Numbered from the stretch's first letter, positions 23,876-36,589 are shown. The stretch: DNA of 64,000 nucleotides from Octopus bimaculoides (GCF_001194135.2 NC_068981.1:74745478-74809477), one strand, 5' to 3'. The notes: a model not told the origin generated them from the letters alone. Made by a program: numbers and translations.

Positions 23876-24863
23876 NNNNNNNNNNNNNNNNNNNNNNNNN
23901 NNNNNNNNNNNNNNNNNNNNNNNNNNNNNNNNNNNNNNNNNNNNNNNNNNNNNNNNNNNNNNNNNNNNNNNNNNNNNNNNNNNNNNNNNNNNNNNNNNNN
24001 NNNNNNNNNNNNNNNNNNNNNNNNNNNNNNNNNNNNNNNNNNNNNNNNNNNNNNNNNNNNNNNNNNNNNNNNNNNNNNNNNNNNNNNNNNNNNNNNNNNN
24101 NNNNNNNNNNNNNNNNNNNNNNNNNNNNNNNNNNNNNNNNNNNNNNNNNNNNNNNNNNNNNNNNNNNNNNNNNNNNNNNNNNNNNNNNNNNNNNNNNNNN
24201 NNNNNNNNNNNNNNNNNNNNNNNNNNNNNNNNNNNNNNNNNNNNNNNNNNNNNNNNNNNNNNNNNNNNNNNNNNNNNNNNNNNNNNNNNNNNNNNNNNNN
24301 NNNNNNNNNNNNNNNNNNNNNNNNNNNNNNNNNNNNNNNNNNNNNNNNNNNNNNNNNNNNNNNNNNNNNNNNNNNNNNNNNNNNNNNNNNNNNNNNNNNN
24401 NNNNNNNNNNNNNNNNNNNNNNNNNNNNNNNNNNNNNNNNNNNNNNNNNNNNNNNNNNNNNNNNNNNNNNNNNNNNNNNNNNNNNNNNNNNNNNNNNNNN
24501 NNNNNNNNNNNNNNNNNNNNNNNNNNNNNNNNNNNNNNNNNNNNNNNNNNNNNNNNNNNNNNNNNNNNNNNNNNNNNNNNNNNNNNNNNNNNNNNNNNNN
24601 NNNNNNNNNNNNNNNNNNNNNNNNNNNNNNNNNNNNNNNNNNNNNNNNNNNNNNNNNNNNNNNNNNNNNNNNNNNNNNNNNNNNNNNNNNNNNNNNNNNN
24701 NNNNNNNNNNNNNNNNNNNNNNNNNNNNNNNNNNNNNNNNNNNNNNNNNNNNNNNNNNNNNNNNNNNNNNNNNNNNNNNNNNNNNNNNNNNNNNNNNNNN
24801 NNNNNNNNNNNNNNNNNNNNNNNNNNNNNNNNNNNNNNNNNNNNNNNNNNNNNNNNNNNNNNN

Positions 24864-25192
24864 CTGATCTTAACGCTCTTGATTATTCTTTGTGGTCAGT
24901 TCTGGAGAATGAAGCCTGCTCTACTCCTTGCCAAAATATTGAAGCTCTAAAGAAAAAATTGACCAAGTGCTGGGATAAAATACCCTTAGATGTTGTGCGT
25001 GCTGCTATAGATGACTTCCCAAAAAGACTTCATAGTGTTGTGAAGGCACGAGGTAAACATTTTGAATAAAAGTTACACCATATTGTTCCTTGGGCATTTG
25101 CAAAGCATATTTTGTAATAGTGGGTTGTTAAATAAATTTTTGTCGGGATAAATCTGTGTTTTATTTTGTAACAGTATTTATGCCCCACCCTG
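24864..25192 (+). mobile_element. Tc1/mariner-superfamily transposon, 3' end with right TIR
   Basis: (P)DLNALDYSLWSVLENEAC...WDKIPLDVVRAAIDDFPKRLHSVVKARGKHFE* ending at 25069. Terminus ...gccccaccctg|TA runs into (TA)n. The 5' part lies in the N gap. Confidence 0.88.
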
Positions 25193-25221
25193 TATATATA
25201 TATATATATATACATATACAC

Positions 25222-25677
25222 CCACGTTGGACTGGGCACCTTGTTAGAATGAATGATAGCAGGATCCCTAAACAGATGCTATTTGGTGAACTTGTTAGTG
25301 GAAATTGACCCCGACAGAAGTCAAGACTGCGATTTAAGGACTGTATAAAGTCCTCATTAAAGGCCTGTGAAATACGGGAGGCTGACTGGTAGAGCAATGC
25401 TTGTCATCGCCACAGATGGAGGAAACAGGTAAGGAGGGAGTCGATACCTTTGAAAGAGCACATGTTCTTGATGAAGAATTTAAGCACACTGCTCGAAAAT
25501 GCACTGTTAGTGTAGTGAATGAGAAAAGCTCGGTCTGCAATGCTTGCAGCCGTGTATGCTTGTCAAGAGGAGGCCTCGTTAGTCACCAACGGAGCCGCAA
25601 GTTTAAAGTATAAGGTAGTCTTGAGCACACAATGTTCCTAAAGGTCCGTAATAGTTTTCCTCGGTCACGAGTGGACG

Positions 25678-25684
<7 letters not shown>
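25222..25684 (+). mobile_element. RTE-clade LINE 3' end with a C-terminal zinc finger
   Basis: RWTGHLVRMNDSRIPKQMLFGELVSG..RQKSRLRFKDCIK...CNACSRVCLSRGGLVSHQRS, with internal stops. Confidence 0.88.
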
Positions 25685-25711
<27 letters not shown>

Positions 25712-25713
25712 TT

Positions 25714-25965
25714 CTAGCAAATGCCCCCCCCCCCGTCCATTGGATGGTTTGTATAGGTGAAGAGGGTTAACTTGGACGGTGTCCTGGAAGTTTTAATCAT
25801 CCGATGGACAGACCATAAGGATTACAAAAGTAGCGATTCTTACTTAGAAACTGACAATTTTGAAAATATGTTTAGATTACGGAACTCAAGTATCCATGTT
25901 TAAAATTTCAGCGCGATCGGATGAGCAACAAAAACAGACAGACAGAATGGGATTTATATATTAGA
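25714..25965 (-). mobile_element. Complete non-autonomous Helitron
   Basis: Minus strand 5' a|TCtaatatataaatccc-(tctg)n; 3' hairpin ccatcca-a-tggacgg followed by gcatttgCTAG. The 3' flank is A rather than the canonical T. Confidence 0.7.
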
Positions 25966-25966
25966 T

Positions 25967-26174
25967 GAGCCAATGAGGGAGACCTCTATATGGTAGCCAG
26001 ACCTGGTAGAAATAACAGCCAAATCTCCCTCAAATCACACCTTACGGTCTTATGTATGTATATATGTATGTATGAGTCAATGAGGAAGACCTCTACGTGG
26101 TAGCTAGACCTGGTAGAAATAGCAGCCAAATCTCTCTCAAAACATCCTACTGTCTTATGTATGTATATATGTAT
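25967..26174. repeat. Two-copy tandem duplication of a ~105 bp unit
   Basis: gag(c/t)caatgagg..gacctcta..tggtagc.agacctggtagaaata.cagccaaatctc occurs twice. Confidence 0.85.
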
Positions 26175-27000
26175 TAACAGTTCTTTGGCTTTTTGCATTT
26201 GACGACTGTTACTTTAAGTTAGATAATCGTATTGAGCCCTCTACGTAGAGAGAGAGAGGGGGACAAAGAGAGGAAAGAAGAGAGACAGCATAGCGATGGT
26301 TTTGGCTGACTGTCATCCTGTACTCTCTTTGTTGCCAGCGAAATGATATGCGTCGGCTGTCTGAGCAACTCGTTGCTTTTAATGAACAGCATGGCGGAAG
26401 AAATAGGATAAGAAATTACAATAATAGCGATTATCACTTTGAAACTGACAATTTTGAAAATCTATTTAGATTACGGAACGCCCCACTCTATCATGTATCC
26501 ATGTTTAAAATTTCAGCGTGATCGAATGTATAATACTCGAGTTATAAGCGCACAAACAGACAGACATAACGGGATTTATATATCAGCTTAACAGTTCTTC
26601 GGCTTTTTACATTTGACGACTGTTGCTTAAGCTGGATAATCGTATTGAGCCTTCTACGCATAGAGAGAGAGGGACAAAGAGAGATACAGAGAGAGAGGAA
26701 AGAAGAGAGACAGCATAAAGACGGTTATGGTTGATTGTCATCCTGTACTCCCCTTGTTGCCAGCGCAATGGTATGTGCCGGTTGTCTGAGCAACTCGTTG
26801 CTTTTAATAAACAGCATGACGGAAGAAATAGGACAAAAAAATTACAAAAATAGTGATTCTCACTTTGAAACTGACAATTGTGTAAATGTTTTGAGATTAC
26901 AGAACGCTCCGCTCTATCATGTATCCATGTTTAAAATTTCAGCACGATCGCATAAAAAATACTCGAGTTATAAGCGCACAAACAGACAAACAGAACGGGA
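26175..27000 (-). mobile_element. Two head-to-tail ~410 bp units sharing the Helitron 5' module
   Basis: 26175-26586 and 26589-27000 align over their length. Both carry gaaactgacaatt...tatccatgtttaaaatttcagc.cgatcg...acagaca, as in 25848-25965. Confidence 0.75.
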
Positions 27001-28274
27001 ATTAAAGGGAATATTCAAACAAAGAAAGGCTCAATGTATTTGAATGCAGTAGATTTAACTATTCATTTAAATATAGAACATCCGATTATTGGACAAGGTT
27101 ACGAAAGTGGTCGATGCAAACCTGTTGATTTTTTTAAATCAGGAAGCAGATGAAAAATCGATTTCCAAACGTTTTACAATCTAGAACGCGCTTTCGTTAA
27201 CCCCCTCTCACACATATACACACACAAACGCACGCATACATACATACTCTATACGCGCACACATGTATATACATCCTCACTCATACCAAACATATATATT
27301 AACCATTTTCATTCGATACATATTTGATAGAGAGATCTATTACAAAGATAAGTAAAATAGCTGTAAACACGGAACAAAACTTATTGTGACCAGTAGTTAC
27401 ATATGTTTATAAGACTCCGATGAATGGAAAACGAAATAACCCTTGATTCGACTTAAACACAGAAGTATTAACCTAATATTCGAAAGTTTTTATAGCAACT
27501 ATGGAACACGTTTCATCCAGTTCTACAATACAATTGGCTAGAGTATCAGTGCAATGACTACAAAAAGATATGATGACCTATGGAAGCGTCTATAACCAAA
27601 TTCAATATAAAGACCAAATTGCTGTTCCAATTAGGAGCAACAATCCTCGCAACAGCAGCAGAAGCAACTACGATAATAAAGAGAATATTAACAGTATATG
27701 TAGAGTATATATAGCAGTAGCAGCAGCGATATCAACAGCATATGCAATGATAGCATAATAATAAGTCTATTCTTCTCTTTTATATACCAATCTTCCAAGC
27801 AAACATGTGAGAGGTTTTTAGCGGCAGGTGGGATGGAATATGAGTGGGTGTAAAACCATCAAACGCTCGTTTATAAACAAGTTATACACCTTACGGGAAA
27901 ACAGCACTTTCGTTAGAAAACCTGCAGATGTTGATAATATGCGAACTTTTATACAGTAACTACACAAACGCTTATGAACGTAGAAAAATCACAATTGCAT
28001 AGTATACACACACTGCCACTACATACATGAAAGGAAATATAGCACGTGTACAAAACCGGAAACTTATTCTGTTTCTTGGGTTCAATATCTATGTGTGTAT
28101 ATAATAATAATAATAATAATGATAATAATAATAATACACACATACACATACATACATGCATGCATATATGTATGTATACACACATATAAGTGTAGATCAT
28201 ATAAACTGTTCTGCTTTGATCTTCTATTTGTTACTCTAGCAATAAGCAAGTATTTCTTCTGGTGTGTGTTCTGT

Positions 28275-28325
<51 letters not shown>

Positions 28326-28349
28326 TGAGGTGTGCGTGTGTGTACAGAC

Positions 28350-28983
28350 ATCTTTATCTTTCTTTTATCTTTTATCTCTTATTTGTATCAGTCATTAGAC
28401 TGCGGCCATGCTGGGGCACCGCTTGAAGAAATTTTAGTCGAACGAATCGACCCCTGTACTTTATCTTTTAATCCTAGTACTTATTCTATCGGTCTATTTT
28501 GCCGAACCGCTAACTTACCGGTTGTCAAATGTTGGTGGACAAACACAGATACACAAACACACACACACACACATGTATATATACTCACATTTTTGCCGAT
28601 GCTTGTATGAGCCAGAGTACCCACGCCATGCAGAATGCCCGAGGGCGTTTGTGCATCCATATTTAACGATTATTTTTAATACCTTTCTCGTTGGTTTGCG
28701 TGTTCGTTTCTCTTTTTGCCATCTGTGATTTTATTTTTGATTTTCTATATAAATGAAGATATTGCCTCCGTCTGGCTGTTTTTCTTTCTACAAAACGAGA
28801 AGTTACATTGCGGAACTGTTATTTTAACGAGTTGTATTTATTTATCACCCGACGAGATACATCTGCCCCGCAGGATGCCCCTGAACCAGCTGTTGAGTGT
28901 CACACCCATGAAGGATCGATGCTAGATGTGTCGAAACAATTGTTGTGATTAATAATAAATTCTCGTATATTCAATCTTCCATT

Positions 28984-29049
<66 letters not shown>

Positions 29050-29051
29050 GT

Positions 29052-29084
<33 letters not shown>

Positions 29085-29222
29085 CGACTCGCTTCTTCTA
29101 GTTTCCGTCTACCAAATCCACTCACAAAGCTTTGGACGGCTCGGAGCCATAGTAGAAGACACTTGCCCAAGGTGCCACGCAGTGGGACTGAACCCGGAAT
29201 CATGTGGTTGGAAAGCAAGCTT
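28350..29222 (-). mobile_element. SINE family C (CORE-like, central microsatellite) interrupted by a PLE-derived insert
   Basis: 3' half at 28350-28570; 5' half at 29075-29222 (agaagacacttgcccaaggtgccacgcagtgggactgaaccc). Confidence 0.8.
28577..28990 (+). mobile_element. Penelope pLTR-like fragment with a degenerate hammerhead-like motif
   Basis: Homologous to the reverse complement of 10975-11400; contains atgaagg...tcGAAAC-aatt-GTTgtg at 28901-28947. Confidence 0.75.
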
Positions 29223-29235
29223 TAGACTTAATAAT

Positions 29236-29668
29236 AATTCTTTCTACTATTGGCACAAGGCCTGAAATCTTGAGGAAGAGTGCTAGTCGATTACATCGTC
29301 TTCGGTATTCAAATGGTACTTAATTTATCGACTCCGAAAAGATGAAAGGCAAAGTCGATCCTGGCGGAATTTGAACTCAGAACGCAAAGACGGACGAAAT
29401 GTCGGTAAGCATCCTGCCCAGCGTGCTAACGATTCTTATTTCTTTATTGCTCGCAAGGGGCTAAACATAGAGTGGACAAACAAGGACAGAGAAACGGATT
29501 AAGTCGATTACATCGAACCAGTGCGTTACTGGTACTTAATTTATCGACCGCGAAAGGATGAAAGGAAAAGTCGACCTCGGCGGAATTTGAACTCAGAATG
29601 TAACGGCAGACGAAATACCGCTAAGCATTTAACCCGGCGTGCTAACTATTCTGCCAGCTTACCGCCTT
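29236..29668 (-). mobile_element. Two adjacent or nested SINE family A copies with different tails
   Basis: 29236-29432 has tail type 1 and lacks the extreme head; 29433-29668 has tail type 2 and a full head. Confidence 0.85.
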
Positions 29669-29934
29669 TAGACTTAGCAATAATGAATAAGTAAAATGCT
29701 TCCTCATGGTGCTCCAGTCCTATCAAGAAGCGTTGTTCTCTCTGTGTGCCTCAGTCTGTCTGCCTGTCTGTGTCTATTTCTCTGTCTGTCTGTCTCTCTC
29801 TATCATGTTTGAGACCTTGAATAATTTGCTTGCTTTAGCTCTGCTTTGGTTTAGTAGATGGTGTCTTTATGATACAGTACAGCACTTAAATATTTTCTTA
29901 GCATATTCCTGGCCTCTTCTCAACTTTTCGAAGG

Positions 29935-30120
29935 TAGCATTTATTCTTTTATTTGTTTCAGTCATTTGGCTGCGGCCATGCTCGAGCAGCGTCTTTAGTC
30001 GAACAAATCGACTCCACGACTTATTATTTGTTAGCCTAGTGCTTATTCTATCACTCTTTTGCCGAACCGGCGACGTAAACTCACCAACATCGGTTGTCAA
30101 GCGATGGTGGGGTGGGGGGG

Positions 30121-30192
<72 letters not shown>

Positions 30193-30425
30193 TTATATAT
30201 ATATGACGGGTTTCTTTCAGTTTCCGTCTACTAAATCCACGCACAAGGCTTTGGTCGGCCCGAGGCTAGAGTAGAAGACACTTGCCAAAGGTACCACGCA
30301 GTGGTACCTTGGGCAAGTGTCTTCTACTGGGCAAGTGTCTTCTACTGGGCAGGTGTCTTCAGTGGGACTGAATCTGGGACCATGTGACTGGTAAGTAAGC
30401 TACTTACTGTACAGCCACACCTGCG
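29935..30425 (-). mobile_element. SINE family C, full length, with an internal rearrangement
   Basis: Tail cagtcatttggctgcggccatg, central (CA)n, head ...ctactgtacagccacacctgcgcc. Confidence 0.9.
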
Positions 30426-30571
30426 CCTATGTTTCTATTCCTGTGAAAGTTTCTTGTAGGAGCCAGAATATTGCGGTTCTTAATATGATCAAGCAGATTT
30501 CTTCAATAGATCAGTCAGATATCCAGAATGTTGATATTAGTCCTGGTGTTGCAAATGTATTGCGGGATCTT

Positions 30572-30945
30572 TTATCTTTTACTTGTTTTAGTCATTGGAC
30601 TTCGGCCATGCTGGAGCATCGACTTGAAGGGTTTAGTCGAACAGATCGACTCCAGGACTAATTTCCCCTTTTTTGCCGAACCGCTAAGTTATGGGACATA
30701 AACAACCAAACCAATCCCGGTTGTCAAGCGGTGATGGGGAGTCAAACACAAGCACAATGACACGCGCACACATGTATACGAAGGGATTCTTTCGTTTTCC
30801 ATCTAACAAATCCATTTACAAGGCTTTGGTCAGCCTGGAGCTATAATGAAAGACACTTACCCAAGGTGCTACGCAGTGGGACTGAACCCGTAACCATATG
30901 GCTGGGAAGCAAGCTTCCTACTACACAGCTACACCAGCACCCATG
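30572..30945 (-). mobile_element. SINE family C
   Basis: Same tail and head motifs as 29935-30425. Confidence 0.85.
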
Positions 30946-31354
30946 TACGTATTTCTTAAATACTTTTAAGAAACTAGTATAATATCCTACGTTCCTTTTT
31001 ATCCTTGCTTACAATAATTTTCTTACATTTTCATCTCTATGAAAGTATTTGTAGAACTCAGTATATAGGAAGAGAGGCGCCATTGATTTAATGTTTATCG
31101 CAAGGAAAACGGTTTTACCATGTTCACCTATTATGTATGAACACTTCCTTTGGTCAAATGCCGTCCACATATCAACGGAAAAGCTGTTATTGAATCGAGC
31201 TGTTATAAGTATTTCTCTTATAGATATTTTAAATTGGCAAAAGAAAAAGAAACAAAAGGGGAAAATATTGGCTACATTAATGTTTATTGCTATTGTAGAC
31301 CGCATCATAAAAGTTACCGTTTTTTTTGTTCAAGAAATGACTATAGATCTGGTA

Positions 31355-31534
31355 CAGGCTGTATGTTTAAGAAGCTCGCTTTGCAACCCTGTGGTTGCGG
31401 ATTCAATTTCACTTGGGCAAGTGTTATCGCAGGCATGTATATTCTATTCTAATCGCGTGCTGATCTATGCCTTGTGAGTAGAAACTGTGTAGAAGCCCGT
31501 CGTATGTATACATATTTGTGTGTGTGTGTGTGGG

Positions 31535-31582
<48 letters not shown>

Positions 31583-31825
31583 AATGAATGTGTATGTGTG
31601 TGCGAGTGTGTATGTGTATTTGTGTTTCTGTTTGTTCTCCACTACCACTTGACAACGGCGTTGGTTTATGTCCTCGTAATGTAGAGGTTCGAAAAAAGTC
31701 ATCGATAGATTAAGCATTGGACTTTTAAAAAAAGTGTATACTAAGTTCGATTTCTTTGACTAAACCTTTCAAAGCCGTGCCCCAGCATGACCGCAATGCC
31801 TGAAACAAGTGAAAGATAAAAGACA
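31355..31825 (+). mobile_element. SINE family C
   Basis: cacttgggcaagtgtt, agaagcccgtcgtat, (TG)n, cttgacaac, gtgccccagcatgaccgca. Confidence 0.8.
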
Positions 31826-32379
31826 AGATGCCGAGTAATAAACAATGACAGGAAAAGTATTTGCTATAATTCAATAAATTATCGTATCAATTGCTTTTTT
31901 TCAGTATGCAAAGAGATAGCGTCTTAATGCCATATAACAAGAGGTAAAAATAACTCCTGAAACGTTCAGCGGCTTTGACATATTGACCACAATTGTGTGT
32001 GTGTGTGTGTGTGTGTGCGTGCGTGTGTATGTATGTATGTTTGCACGTGCCTCTGAGCGAGTGTGTGCGCGTGCGCCTAAATCCGTGTTTGTATCTTATG
32101 CATTGTCTCTCTTTTACTCTGTGTGCAAGTTGTGTGAGTATTATTGTGTGTTTACGTGTATGCTCGTGTATGTGTTGTGCATGTCTTGTACTGTCATTCT
32201 ACGTTTTCTCTACATATATGTGCATTTGTGAATATAAGTATCTATGTATATGTCTCTACGGTATATGTATTTGTACAGCATTTTTTTTCATCTCTCTCTC
32301 TCCCTCCGTCCGTCTCTCTCTCTCTCTCTCTCCCTCCGTCCGTCTCTCTCTCTCTCTCTCCCTCCGTCCGTCCGTCTCC

Positions 32380-32415
<36 letters not shown>

Positions 32416-32445
32416 ATATATNNNNNNNNNNNNNNNNNNNNNNNN

Positions 32446-32477
<32 letters not shown>

Positions 32478-32478
<1 letters not shown>

Positions 32479-33225
32479 TAGCAGCTAAACCCGGTTTCAC
32501 CTGGCCTGTTTGGATGATGTGGCTGTGATCGTTTTCGGTTAGGTATAATCTATAACAGCGTTTCTCAACCTTATTGTTTCGGGTCCCCTGTTTCGATTGG
32601 AGCCTCTAGCTGTATGAAGGTTTCATCACCTCCTGTCAGAAAATGGCTTCAGGAGTTGTGAAGAAAGAATTTGTGCGTAGTCTGTTTCTGAGAGCTATTC
32701 TATTGGACGTCTGTGTAATCATTTATTTATAAACATTTATTTGATTATGAACATAGAAAGAAATTATGCATTAGTCCCAATTTTTGTAAGCAGTTGTATC
32801 TGTAAAAATTTTATTTGCAGAAAGCAGAAATTGAAAGATATATGGAATGGACGTGCATGTGAGAAAGAGAGATAGAGTGAATGAGTGAAGTTGTGTGTCA
32901 TTGACATACGTTGGCTGGCACGGCAAGTACGAAGCTTTTGAGGCGGCAAATGACTGGGGTGATTTGGAAGATGTGAAGAAATGCCGTCTTTTCAGTGAAG
33001 CGCTTCTTTGTAGGCAATGTTTCTCGTTTTCCCTTCTGATGCACAAATGTATAGACTTTGTGGCCTGCCAACACGGGAGCATCCAACGTAATGTCGACCG
33101 TGGGAGAACACTTGCTCTGTGAGATTTAAACCAGCCATTTGCAATGATTGACCCTGTGCCTAATTTGATAGGAAATTGAAGCCACTTAAACTTGTAGATC
33201 GTATCGGAGGGAGGGAGGGACAATG
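32478..33225 (-). mobile_element. Helitron 3' remnant: Pif1-family helicase C-terminus, 3' UTR, terminal hairpin and CTAG
   Basis: LPPSDTIYKFKWLQFPIKL / AQGQSLQMAGLNLTEQVFSHGRHYVGCSRVGRPQSLYICASEGKTRNIAYKEALH*. Terminus ccaggtgaaaccgggtttagctgCTAG|t runs into (TA)n. Confidence 0.9.
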
Positions 33226-34489
33226 GAGTTATAAGAATACAATACAGAGATTAGAGAATCTTGGTAAAGATGATCCCAGGACTCATTGAGGGCACCTGGT
33301 TAATGGCTGATGTGTATGTGTGCGTTTGTGCATGCTTATGTGTTTGTGTGTATGTGTGTGTGCACGTACGCGTTCGTGTGTGTGTTTGTGTGCGTTTAAA
33401 TCTTTGAAGTGTCAGTAGTAGATATTTACCTTACGTTAATATTTAAACGTAAATGATGATAGTGCCTATTGAAGCTCTCAGCTTTGCCGTTTTCTTTCAC
33501 GACAATGTAGTATTTAAAGCATCAGTAATCATCAATAATAGGGGTTATGAGATTGAATCAGCCCACCGCTTCACTTCTTATTTTAATGACCTTCAAATAA
33601 GGTAAAGCAAATTTAATCCCAGAACGATTCAGAACTTAAAAGGCTGCGACTAAAAACGGCCATGTAGAGGCTTGACTAACTGAATTCATATCAATACTAC
33701 CATATCCAATATGTTGCTCATTCCACGGGGAACTTATTCCATCACGCTATCAATTCTGACATCGACGGCCATCAACTAATGTCAACAATAAACAATATCA
33801 ACAACGTGTGTCAAACATTTGTCGGCAAACATAGGTTAGCATCTGCACACTTTGTAACAATTGAACAAAGAACATATCTATTCCTTCTCTTTACTTGCCT
33901 TATCATAATCACTCCTTCTTTTTCTCAATTTTTAACTCCGTTCTTTATCACCTGTCACCATTTCAAAAAAAAGTTTTTTTGTTTTCAATAACTCTATAAA
34001 GCTCATCTCAGTACTTTCTTCCCACTCTTTCCCCATTTATCAGAAAGGTATCCAGAGTTACTGATATGGTAGTAACATTGAGAGTTCTTCATACAAATGA
34101 GATTGCCAAATTTTGTTTAATTATCTCCGGAAAGTTTCTTAAAATTGTATTGTACCTCTGCATAAAAAAAAAAAGAACAACCCGAAAAATAGATAATGCT
34201 TTTTGGAAGATAGCAGGTAGCAACTGAAACTTTCAGGTAATTTGTACTTCACTGACGCCAACAAGTATAATACGAATGTTATTATGTTATTATCTATTAG
34301 GAATATATATCTTCATGTCTCTAGCTGTTTTAACATGATAACGATAACTTCGCATAAGAATAGAAATCATGAATTTGACGCTTTGTTAAGGTTACATCAG
34401 TGGAAGTATGTAACGACAGACAAATCACTCTTGGTTAAGATATCAATGCTTCAAAAGAAAGATCTGCAGAAAAGTTACAAGACTACACA

Positions 34490-34830
34490 CAGCTGTGTGG
34501 CACACGTAGGCATGGCTGTATGGGTAAGTAGCTTGCTTTGTTACCAAGTGGTTTCAGATTCAGTCCCAGTGCACGGCATCTTGGACAAGTGTGTTTGATT
34601 ACAGCCTGGCGCCGAATAATGCCTTGTGAATGAACGTGGTAAGAGAAAATGTGGGAAACCTGTCATATATATATATACATTATGAGTGTGTATGGGTGTG
34701 TGTATGCGCGCGCGCGCGCGCGCGTGTGTGTCTATCTTTATATGTGTCATTGTGCTTGTGCCCCACTGCCTGACAACCGATGGTTTGTTTCCGTCCTCGT
34801 ATCTTAGCAAAGTTACCGGTGGAATAAATA
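34490..34830 (+). mobile_element. SINE family C, 3'-truncated
   Basis: gtgggtaagtagcttgc...cagtcccagtgcacggcatcttggacaagtgt...tgacaaccgatggtttg. Confidence 0.8.
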
Positions 34831-36589
34831 TTAAACATAATAAGAACAACAGAAGTGCTGGATTCAATATGTTCTAAAACTCCAGTTACTGATATATNNN
34901 NNNNNNNNNNNNNNNNNNNNNNNNNNNNNNNNNNNNNNNNNNNNNNNNNNNNNNNNNNNNNNNNNNNNNNNNNNNNNNNNNNNNNNNNNNNNNNNNNNNN
35001 NNNNNNNNNNNNNNNNNNNNNNNNNNNNNNNNNNNNNNNNNNNNNNNNNNNNNNNNNNNNNNNNNNNNNNNNNNNNNNNNNNNNNNNNNNNNNNNNNNNN
35101 NNNNNNNNNNNNNNNNNNNNNATATATACACGCACACACGTACGCGTGTAAACCATATAAAGATGCCTAAGGGAAAAGAATAGCCAAAATTCATATATTC
35201 TTTTAATATGCCTCACTTGTTTTTGCAATATGTGATGTTTATATAATAAATTCCATCTGCAACCATTGAGAAAGCATCTACGTAGTCTGTTGTCTACTCG
35301 AATTAGCCACCAAATCTTCCTCAACTCATATCCCAATATTCATCAGTGTTGTCCTATAGCAAAAATCAGAAGATGGTCATGACAGGAATACGCTTGCTCA
35401 GAGGTTCTTCGCAGACGATCTGAACTGAGGCTAAACAACAATATCATCATCATCACCACCATCCTATCACCACCAGGAAACGATAATAATAATAATATTT
35501 TCTATTATAAATGATCTTGACTTTCTTTTTACTTTACATAAATTATTCTTTACATTCCACTGTTGTTTTATTGCCATTCATTTACAAGTATTATAAATTT
35601 TAGAGGTAGAATGTTTTTCGGGGAACGAATTACGATTTATAGCATTGCTACTATGGGAAATTATTGCTCTATGGGAAATTTCGCTTTACGAGCGGTCTCT
35701 GGGAACAAATTAACTCGTATATCGAAGCATCGCTGTACATATAAACACGTATGTAAAGAAGTGGTTTGACATATATATGCATGACATATATATGCATGTA
35801 CGGGAATATACATGCACACATATACATATTCACATACACGCATACACACGCATATATATTTCGATACCTACATGTATTATTTCTATAGAAACTAATACAT
35901 AAATTCTTTTCTCCCAGTAAGATGAATGCACGTATTGACATACATATCTATTCTGACACACATAGGACCACATACCCATACATTTACATACCTATATGTA
36001 TACATGCCTAAATAATACATACATATACGGATACATAAGAGAATGGCATACTTAAGCATACAAAGGGGTACAGCTGTTTATCTATATGTTCAAACGCATA
36101 CATATACTTGCAGATGATATGCATTTAACCTCCAAATATGCGTATGACTATGGATAGAAATCTAAGATAAGATATAAGTTTATGCATTTACAATTACTCA
36201 AAGTGCTTTAAAAATACTTGTGAATACCTACTTGCTTACATGGTTTCTATTTGTCACACAAATTGTTGTACCTGAAAAATTAAATATAAAATACATAATT
36301 AATAAAAAAAATGAATGAATATAATAAGAGTGATAATTAAGTAAAAATGAAAAAGCTATAAAGATTAAGATAATGTTCCCCAGTGGATTAATGATTTCTT
36401 CTCATTCTAAGATCGATTTAGAAACAGAGATAACCAGAATGTAGACATTGGAAACACAAAAACAGAATATGTTGTCGCTGAAATTATTGGTTATGTGCAT
36501 GCAAGTAGTCGCATGTGAGTGTATATGTCTGAACATACTTTTATTTACAGATGTGATGTATACATATGTATTTGGGTGCGTATGTGTAT

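Noticed and set aside
27570-27758. ORF, and a Cys-rich antisense frame (CFCCCCEDCC)
   Set aside because: Derived from decayed (CAG/CAA) repeats.
34395-34465. Strong minus-strand acceptor and donor pair
   Set aside because: All three frames contain stops. It also shows that splice-like signals arise by chance here.
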